From Candidatus Hydrogenedentota bacterium (lineage in GTDB: Bacteria > Hydrogenedentota > Hydrogenedentia > Hydrogenedentales > GCA-2746185), in the NCBI GenBank assembly GCA_029937645.1, contig JAPYPO010000001.1, positions 1 through 47,385 of the forward strand: a stretch of DNA of 47,385 nucleotides, given 5' to 3'. The notes beneath the pieces are model-generated. The model worked only from the letters and a program-made list of their open reading frames with translations. It was not told where the DNA came from and did not search any database. Numbering within the stretch: position 1 is the stretch's first letter; each line of letters starts with the position of its first letter. Shown here one piece after another: positions 8,555 through 17,147 of the stretch. The position numbers and the translations under genes were made by a program.

Positions 8555-10036
8555 ATGCCCATACCCGTCCCAGCGTTGAAGGAAGCGGATCTACCCAAAC
8601 GCGATAAGCCACTCCTCAAGATGATGGGGCCCGGCATCGTCATGGCCGGTATCGCCATTGGCTCGGGCGAGTTGGTTATGTGGCCGTGGGTCACCTCCAT
8701 CGTTGGCGCCCAACTTATATGGGCCGCGGCGCTCGGCATCTTTCTGCAATTATGGATCAACATCGAAGTTGGACGTTGGGCCATCGTCACGGGCGAGAGC
8801 CCCTTCATCGGCTTGGCTCGTTTCTTCAAACTGACGATTTACCTATTCCTTTTCGTCGTATTCGTGGGTAAATTTCTTCCCGGTTGGGCTCGGGAAACAG
8901 GGATGGCCTTAAAGGCCCTGATATTCGGTCCAGACCATGATAGTCCTGCATGGATGTGGACCGCGATAGTCTTCGCGGCCATCATCGGCATCCTCTTGGG
9001 TCCGAAGGTGGTCTACACCGCCGTGGAACGCTGCATCACGTTCCTGGTCCTTCTCATCGTGCTGGGCCTTACCTACATCGTCTTCAAGATCGGAACGAGA
9101 GAACATTTCGTGTTGATGTGGGAAGGCCTGCTGAATGTAGGCCACTTCCCGAAATTCCCGGTCGATGTCATGGCGGACGATGGGACGACGGTGCGTGATC
9201 AGCTCACGTTTGGCAAATTCTTTGGCGCCGTGGTCTTCGCGGGCCTGGGCGGTCTCTCGAATCTATATTACGGGTATTACCTGCGCGAGAAACGTATTGG
9301 CATGGGCGCCCGCATGCCCACACTCATGAGCGCGGCGCACAAGCATGAAGTGAAAGAAATGGACATCGGCTACGTGTATCCGGAGACGGAGGAAAATCAA
9401 CGCCGTTTCAAAGACTGGATGAGATACGTGCATATCGACCAGGTCGTCTTCTTCTGGATCTTGGGCACGTTCACGATCTCCTTGTTTATATTTGGCGCCT
9501 TGGCGGTTTTGCATCCTCAGGGGCTGGTGCCTGATCGTTCGAGTCTGGTATGGGACCTGGCTGCGATACTTGGGGATAGCATGGGTACGTCCGGTCGCTA
9601 CTTGTTCCTCATCGTCGGCATGGCGGCGTTGTTTAGCACCCAGTTGGGCTCGATGGATGGCGGCAGCCGCATATTCGCCGAACTGCTTCACACCAACTTC
9701 AAATTTGGCCGCTGGTTTAGAGTTGAGCAGTGGTACATGATTCTGGTGGGCACGACCGTAATCATCGGCACCATCAGCGTTGCGTACTTCGAGAAACATG
9801 ATATTTCCGGATTGGCTTTCTTCTTCATCGTCGGACTGATATCCGGTTTCACCATGGCCGTCTACGTGCCCGCGCTGCTGTACATGAATCTCACCTATCT
9901 GCCCAAATCGGCTCGGCCGGGTTGGGTCAACATTTTCTTCATGGTCATGGCATCCACCATGTACATCGGCTTTGCTGTGTACACAATTTACATTAATGTT
10001 GCGCCGGTGGTTGCCGGATGGGCCGCAGCGGGTTGA
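8555..10036 (+). CDS. Nramp-like integral membrane transporter, tandem paralogue 2
   Basis: The 493-aa ORF is highly similar to 6781-8241 along its full length by eye, with the same GSGE motif and a GGAAGG SD. Confidence 0.85.
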   Translation: MPIPVPALKEADLPKRDKPLLKMMGPGIVMAGIAIGSGELVMWPWVTSIVGAQLIWAAALGIFLQLWINIEVGRWAIVTGESPFIGLARFFKLTIYLFLFVVFVGKFLPGWARETGMALKALIFGPDHDSPAWMWTAIVFAAIIGILLGPKVVYTAVERCITFLVLLIVLGLTYIVFKIGTREHFVLMWEGLLNVGHFPKFPVDVMADDGTTVRDQLTFGKFFGAVVFAGLGGLSNLYYGYYLREKRIGMGARMPTLMSAAHKHEVKEMDIGYVYPETEENQRRFKDWMRYVHIDQVVFFWILGTFTISLFIFGALAVLHPQGLVPDRSSLVWDLAAILGDSMGTSGRYLFLIVGMAALFSTQLGSMDGGSRIFAELLHTNFKFGRWFRVEQWYMILVGTTVIIGTISVAYFEKHDISGLAFFFIVGLISGFTMAVYVPALLYMNLTYLPKSARPGWVNIFFMVMASTMYIGFAVYTIYINVAPVVAGWAAAG

Positions 10037-10217
10037 TCAGCGAAAATCACAAGGTATAGAAATCTAGGAGGAATTTCCGCCTGAGTGGTCCTATCGGGCG
10101 ACACAGTAAGAGTAACAGCAGTATCACGAATAGCGGATTAGAGGCGCCGATGGAATAGCTTTACCTCGTTGTACAGGAAGGTCAACTTACCGAACATAAT
10201 TCGGAAGGGTTTGCCCC

Positions 10218-11690
10218 ATGCCTATCCCTGTCCCTGCACTGAAGGAAGCGGACCTACCCGCGCGCGATAAGCCGATCCTCAAGATGATGGGCCCCGGCAT
10301 TGTGATGGCCGGTTTAGCCATCGGCTCGGGCGAGTTGATCATGTGGCCGTGGATCACGTCCATCGTCGGTGCCCAACTTCTATGGGCCGCGGCTATCGGC
10401 ATCTTTCTGCAATTATGGATTAACATCGAGATTGGACGCTGGGCCGTGGTCACCGGCGAAAGTCCGCTCACCGGCATGATCCGCATCGTCAAGTTGATTG
10501 TCTATTTATGGGTCGGGTTGGTCTTTGTTGGAAAGTTTCTCCCAGGCTGGGCCCGGGTAACGGGCGTAGCGCTACGGGATCTCCTCTTGGGACCACAGCA
10601 TTCGAGCCCTGAGTGGCTGTGGACCGCGATAATCTTCGCCATGATCGCCGTCATCCTCTTCGGTCCGAAAGTGATCTACACCGCCGTCGAGCGTTGCGTC
10701 GTGGGGCTTACCGTCATCGTCGTGGTAGGCCTCATCTATGTCGTCTGGGAAGTTGGTTCGAAAGATTTGTTCGTGGCGATGTGGGACGGCCTGATGAATG
10801 TATTCACCAAGGACCGCTTCCCCGAGTTCCCCGTGGAGTTGCCGGACGTGGACGGCGTGGCGCGCAATCCGTTTACGTTTAGCCAGTTTTTTGGCGCCGT
10901 CGTTTTCGCGGGCATGGGCGGCCTGGGCAACCTGTGGTACGCCTATTACCTGCGAGAAAAGCGCGTGGGCATGGGTGCGCGCATGCCCACGCTCATGAGC
11001 GCGGTGCACAAGCACGAAATCAAGGAAATGGATACCGGTTATGTATATCCGGAAACGGAGGAGAATCAACGCCGTTTCCGCGACTGGATGAGGTACGTGG
11101 TGATCGATCAGGTGTTTTTCTTCTGGATGCTAGGCTGTTTCACCATGTTCTTATTCATATTCGGCGCATTGGCCGTACTGCATCCTACCGGCCTCGTGCC
11201 CAGCCAGGGAAGCCTGGTATGGGATCTCGCGTCGATACTTGAGCAAAGCATGGGCAAAACGGGGCGCAATTTGTTCCTGATTATCGGCATGGCGACGTTG
11301 TTCAGCAGCCAGTTGGGGGGCGTGGACGGCAGCAGCCGCATATTCGCCGACCTGCTTCACACCAACTTCAAATTCGGCCGCTGGTTCAAACTCGATCAAT
11401 GGTACTTCATCCTCGTGGGCACCACCATGATCGTCGGCACGATCAGCGTCTGGTACTTCGAGAAACAAAACGTTGGCGGATTGGATTTTCTCTTTATCGC
11501 AGCGCTGTTGTCCGGCTTCGCCATGGCCGTCTACGTGCCCATTCTTCTCTACATGAACCTAACGTATCTGCCTAAGTCGGCCCGACCGGGATGGGTCAAC
11601 ATTTTCTTCATGGTCGTGGCATCCGCCGTGTACATCGGCTTCGCCGGATACACGATTATTGACAAGGTGGCCCGGACTTTTGCCGGATAA
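10218..11690 (+). CDS. Nramp-like integral membrane transporter, tandem paralogue 3
   Basis: The 490-aa ORF is highly similar to paralogues 1 and 2, with the same GSGE motif and a GGAAGG SD. Confidence 0.85.
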   Translation: MPIPVPALKEADLPARDKPILKMMGPGIVMAGLAIGSGELIMWPWITSIVGAQLLWAAAIGIFLQLWINIEIGRWAVVTGESPLTGMIRIVKLIVYLWVGLVFVGKFLPGWARVTGVALRDLLLGPQHSSPEWLWTAIIFAMIAVILFGPKVIYTAVERCVVGLTVIVVVGLIYVVWEVGSKDLFVAMWDGLMNVFTKDRFPEFPVELPDVDGVARNPFTFSQFFGAVVFAGMGGLGNLWYAYYLREKRVGMGARMPTLMSAVHKHEIKEMDTGYVYPETEENQRRFRDWMRYVVIDQVFFFWMLGCFTMFLFIFGALAVLHPTGLVPSQGSLVWDLASILEQSMGKTGRNLFLIIGMATLFSSQLGGVDGSSRIFADLLHTNFKFGRWFKLDQWYFILVGTTMIVGTISVWYFEKQNVGGLDFLFIAALLSGFAMAVYVPILLYMNLTYLPKSARPGWVNIFFMVVASAVYIGFAGYTIIDKVARTFAG

Positions 11691-11732
11691 TACCGTTGGG
11701 ATCTTGCCCGAAGAACCGATAGCGCACCGTGG

Positions 11733-14645
11733 TTACTTGATGAAGATTGTTTCCTCATCCACGGTGATTACCGTGCCCAATTTCGCCAGCGCGTCCAGGT
11801 CGATCTTCGATGACTCGCCGACGATGGAAACCAGTTTCGGCTTGCCTTTGATGTGGGTACTGTAAAAATCCAGCATACTGCTCATCTCCGCAGATTCGAC
11901 TTGCGCGAATCGTTTCTCCCGCGGGTCGCCATCCAGACCCAGCCGCTCCCACCCGCGGACGCTCCCGAGAACATTCCGGAATCCAATGGGCGAGGTCCGG
12001 TAGACGTTGATGATGGCCTGCGACGTCTCTTCGAAGCGCTCTTCGGATTGGGGCATCTCGTCGAACAAGTCGAAAAAGGCAGCCAGCGCATCCGAAGTCT
12101 TGTCGGTCTGGCATTGAATCACCCCAATCATCAGGTTCTCGTCGTTCACCCGCCCGCCTTTGACGTATCGAGCTTGCGCCGAATAAGCCAGGCCGCGGGA
12201 TTCGCGCAGCTCCTGGAACACAATGCTGGACATGCCGCCACCGAAGTATTGGTTGTAGAGTTCCACGGACGCGCCGTCTTCGGCCGTGTAGACGCCATCG
12301 GGAAACTCTATCCGAACTTGCGACTGGGCCGACGCCTTGTTGTAGAGGAATATCTCGGTTCCCTCGGCGCGGCGTGCACGGCGGAAACGGTGGGCGGGCG
12401 GCTCGTTTAGCGATCCGGGTGTCGGGTGTTTCCTCGCGAGAATCTCGAGTACCGAATCAAGCGGAAGCGATCCCGTGTAGGTGATGGTGTGTTTGAACTT
12501 CAACAGGTTCTGGATGACTTGGTTGAGTTCATCGACCGTCAGTTTCTCCAACGCGTCGGCCGGCAGCATCCGCAGGTAGTAGGAATCGTCGCCATAGCGC
12601 ACATATTCGGAAAGCGCCCGGGCAATCGTGCGGGGTTCCTTCTTTGCATCTTCACGCCGCACAAGGATGATCTTCTTGAGTTCCTCCAACACGGCCGGAT
12701 CGGATACCGGGTTCGTGACCAGTTGGAGCATGAGCCCCAGGGTCTCTTCAAACTTTTCGTCGAGCCCGGTTATCTGGATGAAGGTTTCGTTTTCACCGGC
12801 GCCGATGGCAAAGGAACTTCCGAGCTTGTACCATTCTTTCTGGAGATCAAGGGACGAGATCCCCTCGATTCCGGACTTGTCGAGCAATTGTGTCGCGATG
12901 GCGATAGTGTTGTCTTCGTGGGTTCCGAATTCAACCTGAATCGAGAAGGAGAAGAGGTCGTTCACCGGGTTCGGCGCGTAGTAGAGTTTGACGCCGGTGT
13001 CGGCTTCGACCACCGTATAGTCCTTCGTAGAATCGACGAACACCGGTTCGATCTGATCGAAGGGGAGCCCTAGGATATTCTTGGCAAATTCTGATTGTTT
13101 AGACGGGTCGATGGGAACCGGGTCGATCTTCGGCTTCTCGATCGACGGCAGATCCTGCTGCGCATCGCGCCGGTACCCGGCCACATAGTTCCCCACGAAA
13201 TAGCGCTTCGCCACTTCGATAACCTCGTCTCTTGTTACGGCCTCCATACGCGCGATCTTGCCGACGGTATGGTCCCAATCATCGAAGGCGAGAAAGGAAT
13301 TCGTCATGCGTTGTACGCGCATAAAATCCATCTCAAGGCCGCGTTTGTCGTTCATTTTGAAGTCGTTGATGATCGCCGGAATGATCCACTCTTCGAACTC
13401 CCCGCGTTTAATCATCTCGACTTGATCGAGTAGGAGCTGCTCCACTTCCTCAAGCGTCTGGCCCTCCTTGGGGACACCGTAGAACTGTTCCACTCCGTAG
13501 TCGTTGTAAAAGGCGTGGTACGCGCCCGCCTGGCGGACTTTCTGTTGCTGGTTGAGGTTCAGGTTGATCAGCCCGGCAACGGAGTTGTCCAGAATAAAAT
13601 CGAGAAGCGTCAGCGCCTCTTCGTCTGGATGGCCGTGTCGCACGGTGCGGAACGCGAGCTGGACGTACTCCTCCGCCTTGTAGTTTACGGAGACCCGTTC
13701 CGCCCCAACCAGCGGCGCCTCTTCCCAGGTCTTCGCCTCGGGCAAGTCCTTGCGTTCCCAGCTCCCGAAGTTCTCGTCGATAATCTTCATCGTCTCTTCG
13801 ATATCGATATCGCCGCTGATGGAGATGGCCATGTTATTCGGCACGTAGTAGGTGTCAAAATAATTGCGAATGTGGACCAGCGACGGCCGCTTGAGGTGTT
13901 CCACTTCGCCGATGGTCTTTTGTTGCCCGTAGGGGTGTTTCTTAAACAACAGATTGCTCACGGCATTGTTAATCACACGGCCCTTGTTGTCGATGCTCCG
14001 GTTCTTTTCTTCGTAGACCGTTTCCAATTCCGTATGGAACAGTCGGAATACAGGGTTCACAAAACGCGCCGATTCCATCGCGGCCCACTGGCGCAGCCGG
14101 TTCGACGGAAGCCCAACTTTATACACCGTCTCTTCGTCCGAGGTATGAGCGTTCAGATGGGATTGGCCCATCGAGTTGTACACCTTGTCCAATTCACCCG
14201 GAATCGCAAAGGCGGAGGCTTCCAGGGCCAGGCGGTTAATCTCCGCATAGATTGCCCGGCGTTCGTCCGCGTCATCCTCGATAAAATGCTGTTCATACAA
14301 CGCCTGAATCTTATCGAGATACGGTTTTTCTTGGGCGTAGTCGAGCGTTCCGAATTCCTGAGTCCCTTTGAACAGCAAGTGCTCAAGATAGTGGGCGAGG
14401 CCCGTCGCGTCGGCGGGGTCGTGTTTGCTGCCCGCACGCACGGCAATCTCGGAATAGAACCGGGGCTTCTGGTGGTTTTCCGTCAGATAAACCGTCAGCC
14501 CGTTATCCAGCCGGTAGACGTGAACATCCATCGGGTCCTCTGGATTCGAGGCATTGACCCGATGGTAACCCGCCCACGCCGAAGGGCCTGCCAATAAAAC
14601 GGTTACCGCCAAGGCAATCGCGCGAACGCTGATCTTCGATATCAT
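11733..14645 (-). CDS. Secreted M16 (pitrilysin/insulinase) family zinc peptidase, about 970 aa two-half architecture
   Basis: The inverted zinc motif HxxEH is present in 'GLAHYLEHLLFKGT'. There is an N-terminal signal-like segment 'AIALAVTVLLAGPSAWAG' and a GGAGGAG SD 8 nt upstream. Confidence 0.9.
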   Translation of the reverse strand: MISKISVRAIALAVTVLLAGPSAWAGYHRVNASNPEDPMDVHVYRLDNGLTVYLTENHQKPRFYSEIAVRAGSKHDPADATGLAHYLEHLLFKGTQEFGTLDYAQEKPYLDKIQALYEQHFIEDDADERRAIYAEINRLALEASAFAIPGELDKVYNSMGQSHLNAHTSDEETVYKVGLPSNRLRQWAAMESARFVNPVFRLFHTELETVYEEKNRSIDNKGRVINNAVSNLLFKKHPYGQQKTIGEVEHLKRPSLVHIRNYFDTYYVPNNMAISISGDIDIEETMKIIDENFGSWERKDLPEAKTWEEAPLVGAERVSVNYKAEEYVQLAFRTVRHGHPDEEALTLLDFILDNSVAGLINLNLNQQQKVRQAGAYHAFYNDYGVEQFYGVPKEGQTLEEVEQLLLDQVEMIKRGEFEEWIIPAIINDFKMNDKRGLEMDFMRVQRMTNSFLAFDDWDHTVGKIARMEAVTRDEVIEVAKRYFVGNYVAGYRRDAQQDLPSIEKPKIDPVPIDPSKQSEFAKNILGLPFDQIEPVFVDSTKDYTVVEADTGVKLYYAPNPVNDLFSFSIQVEFGTHEDNTIAIATQLLDKSGIEGISSLDLQKEWYKLGSSFAIGAGENETFIQITGLDEKFEETLGLMLQLVTNPVSDPAVLEELKKIILVRREDAKKEPRTIARALSEYVRYGDDSYYLRMLPADALEKLTVDELNQVIQNLLKFKHTITYTGSLPLDSVLEILARKHPTPGSLNEPPAHRFRRARRAEGTEIFLYNKASAQSQVRIEFPDGVYTAEDGASVELYNQYFGGGMSSIVFQELRESRGLAYSAQARYVKGGRVNDENLMIGVIQCQTDKTSDALAAFFDLFDEMPQSEERFEETSQAIINVYRTSPIGFRNVLGSVRGWERLGLDGDPREKRFAQVESAEMSSMLDFYSTHIKGKPKLVSIVGESSKIDLDALAKLGTVITVDEETIFIK

Positions 14646-14710
14646 AACTGGTTCTCCTCCGTAACCGCCTCAGACGGCGGAACGCCTCGTTTCCTCGCAT
14701 GTTCGGTTGG

Positions 14711-14719
14711 AGCATAGCA
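14711..14719 (-). promoter_or_regulatory. Extended -10-like element TGCTATGCT upstream of the M16 peptidase gene
   Basis: The reverse complement of AGCATAGCA lies about 65 nt upstream of the ATG at 14645. It is one of five TGCTATnnT occurrences found in correctly oriented upstream regions. Confidence 0.35.
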
Positions 14720-14747
14720 AAAAGGGAGATACGGTCGATAGTCACGT

Positions 14748-14753
14748 TATAAT
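14748..14753 (+). promoter_or_regulatory. Consensus TATAAT hexamer 8 nt upstream of the ATPase ATG (possible leaderless or near-leaderless transcript)
   Basis: Read as cacgtTATAATtccatcctATG. There is no SD between the hexamer and the ATG at 14762, and no good -35 was seen. Confidence 0.3.
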
Positions 14754-14761
14754 TCCATCCT

Positions 14762-16930
14762 ATGACCCGCCTGGTGTTCAAGATAAAAGGGATGGATTGC
14801 GCCGAGGAGGTTGCCATCCTGAAGAAGGAACTCAAGCCCCTCGTGGGCGACGTAGATCGTCTCAACTTCGATTTGCTCAACGGGAAATTGTTGGTGGACC
14901 AAGGATCCAGTCCGCTCGATGCCCTAGCCATCCGCGAATCCGTGCGACGAACCGGAATGGAGGCGATTCCCTGGGAGGAGCACACGGCGTCAACCGCAGG
15001 GGGCAGCGATGGTCTGTGGGAACGCCATGGCCGCGCCATACTCTGTTCAATCAGCGGGCTTCTCACCATCAGCGCGACCGCGTTTCATATCCGGGTTCAC
15101 GGCCTCGTGGATGCGTTTGGCGATCACGGCGATCCTCACGTTATTCCCATGCCCACCATCGCCTTGTACGGCGCCGCGATTGTGGCGGGCGGGCTGCCGA
15201 TCATCCCAAAGGCCGCCTACGCTGCCAAGCGCCTTCGACCCGACATGAATCTGCTCATGACCGTCGCCGTCGCAGGAGCCGTTCTTCTGGGCGAATGGAT
15301 GGAAGGAGCAGCCGTCGCCTTCTTATTCTCGCTGGCCCTTCTTCTGGAATCCTGGAGCGTCTCGCGCGCACGACGGGCCATCGCGTCGCTAGTCGACCTT
15401 TCGCCCGCCATGGCGCGCTACCGCAGTCCTCATTATGGAGACATTGAGGAGAAGCCCGTCGAGGAGGTCCCCGTCGGTGTGGCCGTCCTCGTGCGTCCCG
15501 GAGAAAAGATCCCCTTGGACGGCGTCGTCACCCACGGCAGCACCACCGTGAACGAAGCGCCCATCACGGGCGAGTCCAAACCCTCGACCAAGGAACTCGG
15601 TTCGACGGTCTTCGCCGGGACGCTCAATAACGACGGTGCCTTCGAGTTTGAATCGACACGAAGCGCCGCAGATACCACCCTCGCGCACATCATCCATATG
15701 ATCGAGGAAGCCCAAACCCGTCGCGCGCCAAGCGAACAATGGGTCGAGCGCTTCGCTCGGGTCTATACGCCCCTGATGATGGGACTCGCTATCGCAGTCG
15801 CCGTAGTGCCTCCCCTCGCCTTTGGCGCGGCTTGGGGCTATTGGTTCTACCAAGCCTTGGTCCTGCTCGTCATCGCGTGCCCCTGCGCCTTGGTGATATC
15901 GACCCCAGTGAGCATCGTAGTGGGAATCGCGTCCGCGGCCCGGGAGGGGGTCCTTATCAAAGGCGGGGTCTATATCGAGGCCCCAGCCTCCCTCCGCGCG
16001 ATCGCATTCGACAAGACCGGAACCTTAACCTACGGACGCCCCACCGTCCAGGCCATCATCCCGCTGAACGGCCATACGGAACGCGAACTGCTCGAACGTG
16101 CCGCCGCCCTCGAGAGCCACAGCGATCACCCCTTGGCCCGCGCCATCCTGAGCAAGGCCGAAGAACTAGGGGTTGAATTCGAAACGGTCGATGCCTTTAC
16201 GGTCATCCAAGGAAAAGGCGCCGAAGGCCTGTACCGAGGCCGAGAATTTTGGATAGGCAGCCACCGCTTCCTGCACGAAAAAGGAGGCGAGACGGAGGAG
16301 TGCCATGACGCCGCCAGCCGCCTCGAAGACGCCGGGCATTCCGTCATCGCCTTGGGGAACCGCGACCATGTGTGCGGCCTTATCAGCGTGTCCGACGGAG
16401 TGCGTGACAGCGCCGCCGACACCGTAGCGTCGATCAAGGGACTGGGCATCGAACGCGTCGTCATGTTGACAGGCGACAACGAGGGCACCGCCTCCGCCGT
16501 GGCAGAAGAAATCGGCATGGACGCCTTCGAATCCGAGCTGCTCCCCAAAGAGAAAGTAGATAGGGTGGACGCCATGACCCGAGAATTCGGCCGAGTCGCC
16601 ATGGTAGGCGATGGCGTTAACGACGCCCCCGCGATGGCCGCATCCTCGCTCGGCATCGCCATGGGCGCGGCCGGATCCGACGTGGCCATCGAAACCGCTG
16701 ACATCGCGCTCATGTCCGATGACCTGGCAAAAATCCCCTGGCTCATACGCCACTCAAGACGCACCTTGCGCGTCATCAAACAAAACATCGCATTCGCGCT
16801 CGGGCTGAAACTCGTCTTCATCCTGATGGCCCTATTCGGCGTCGCGACCCTGTGGATGGCCATCGCCGCCGATATGGGAGCATCCCTCCTCGTAATCGGA
16901 AACGGACTGCGCCTACTGCGCGCAAAGTGA
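14762..16930 (+). CDS. Heavy-metal translocating P1B-type ATPase (Zn/Cd/Pb-type, ZntA/CadA-like)
   Basis: It has an N-terminal HMA-like 'FKIKGMDCAEEV', a TM CPC motif 'ACPCALVISTP', the phosphorylation site 'DKTGTLT', the hinge 'GDGVNDAPA', and a C-terminal 'ADMGASLLVIGNGLRLL' resembling the ZntA TM8 region. Confidence 0.93.
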   Translation: MTRLVFKIKGMDCAEEVAILKKELKPLVGDVDRLNFDLLNGKLLVDQGSSPLDALAIRESVRRTGMEAIPWEEHTASTAGGSDGLWERHGRAILCSISGLLTISATAFHIRVHGLVDAFGDHGDPHVIPMPTIALYGAAIVAGGLPIIPKAAYAAKRLRPDMNLLMTVAVAGAVLLGEWMEGAAVAFLFSLALLLESWSVSRARRAIASLVDLSPAMARYRSPHYGDIEEKPVEEVPVGVAVLVRPGEKIPLDGVVTHGSTTVNEAPITGESKPSTKELGSTVFAGTLNNDGAFEFESTRSAADTTLAHIIHMIEEAQTRRAPSEQWVERFARVYTPLMMGLAIAVAVVPPLAFGAAWGYWFYQALVLLVIACPCALVISTPVSIVVGIASAAREGVLIKGGVYIEAPASLRAIAFDKTGTLTYGRPTVQAIIPLNGHTERELLERAAALESHSDHPLARAILSKAEELGVEFETVDAFTVIQGKGAEGLYRGREFWIGSHRFLHEKGGETEECHDAASRLEDAGHSVIALGNRDHVCGLISVSDGVRDSAADTVASIKGLGIERVVMLTGDNEGTASAVAEEIGMDAFESELLPKEKVDRVDAMTREFGRVAMVGDGVNDAPAMAASSLGIAMGAAGSDVAIETADIALMSDDLAKIPWLIRHSRRTLRVIKQNIAFALGLKLVFILMALFGVATLWMAIAADMGASLLVIGNGLRLLRAK

Positions 16931-17147
16931 AACGGACGGACCGCGAAATCGCCATCAGTCATTACGAGTCAAAACCCGCTTCGCGGGAAATTGGTGGAGG
17001 AACGCCCCGGGAGGGCGAGCGTACTCGCGAGCTGCAGTGTGGCAAATCGTGGAAGAAACTCAGATTAAATAAAAGCACCTGAATGTGGGACCAGCGCCCT
17101 CAGCGGTCTTTCCAAGGCGATATGGCCATACGTGCCCCACGCCCGCC

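Larger units (their letters stand above)
6781..11690 (+). repeat. Head-to-tail tandem triplication of a transporter gene plus its leader (units of about 1.77 and 1.66 kb)
   Basis: Start-to-start spacings are 1774 and 1663 nt. Long identical peptide runs and near-identical nucleotide stretches are shared, for example ...CTGCCCAAATCGGC.CGGCCGGG.TGGGTCAA.ATTTTCTTCATGGTCATGGCATCC near each 3' end. Confidence 0.9.

Noticed and set aside
13515-14597. 360-aa ORF antisense to the M16 peptidase gene
   Set aside because: This is a shadow frame inside a confidently assigned 970-aa peptidase gene. It has an Arg/Val/Gly-rich composition typical of antisense GC-rich frames and no motifs.
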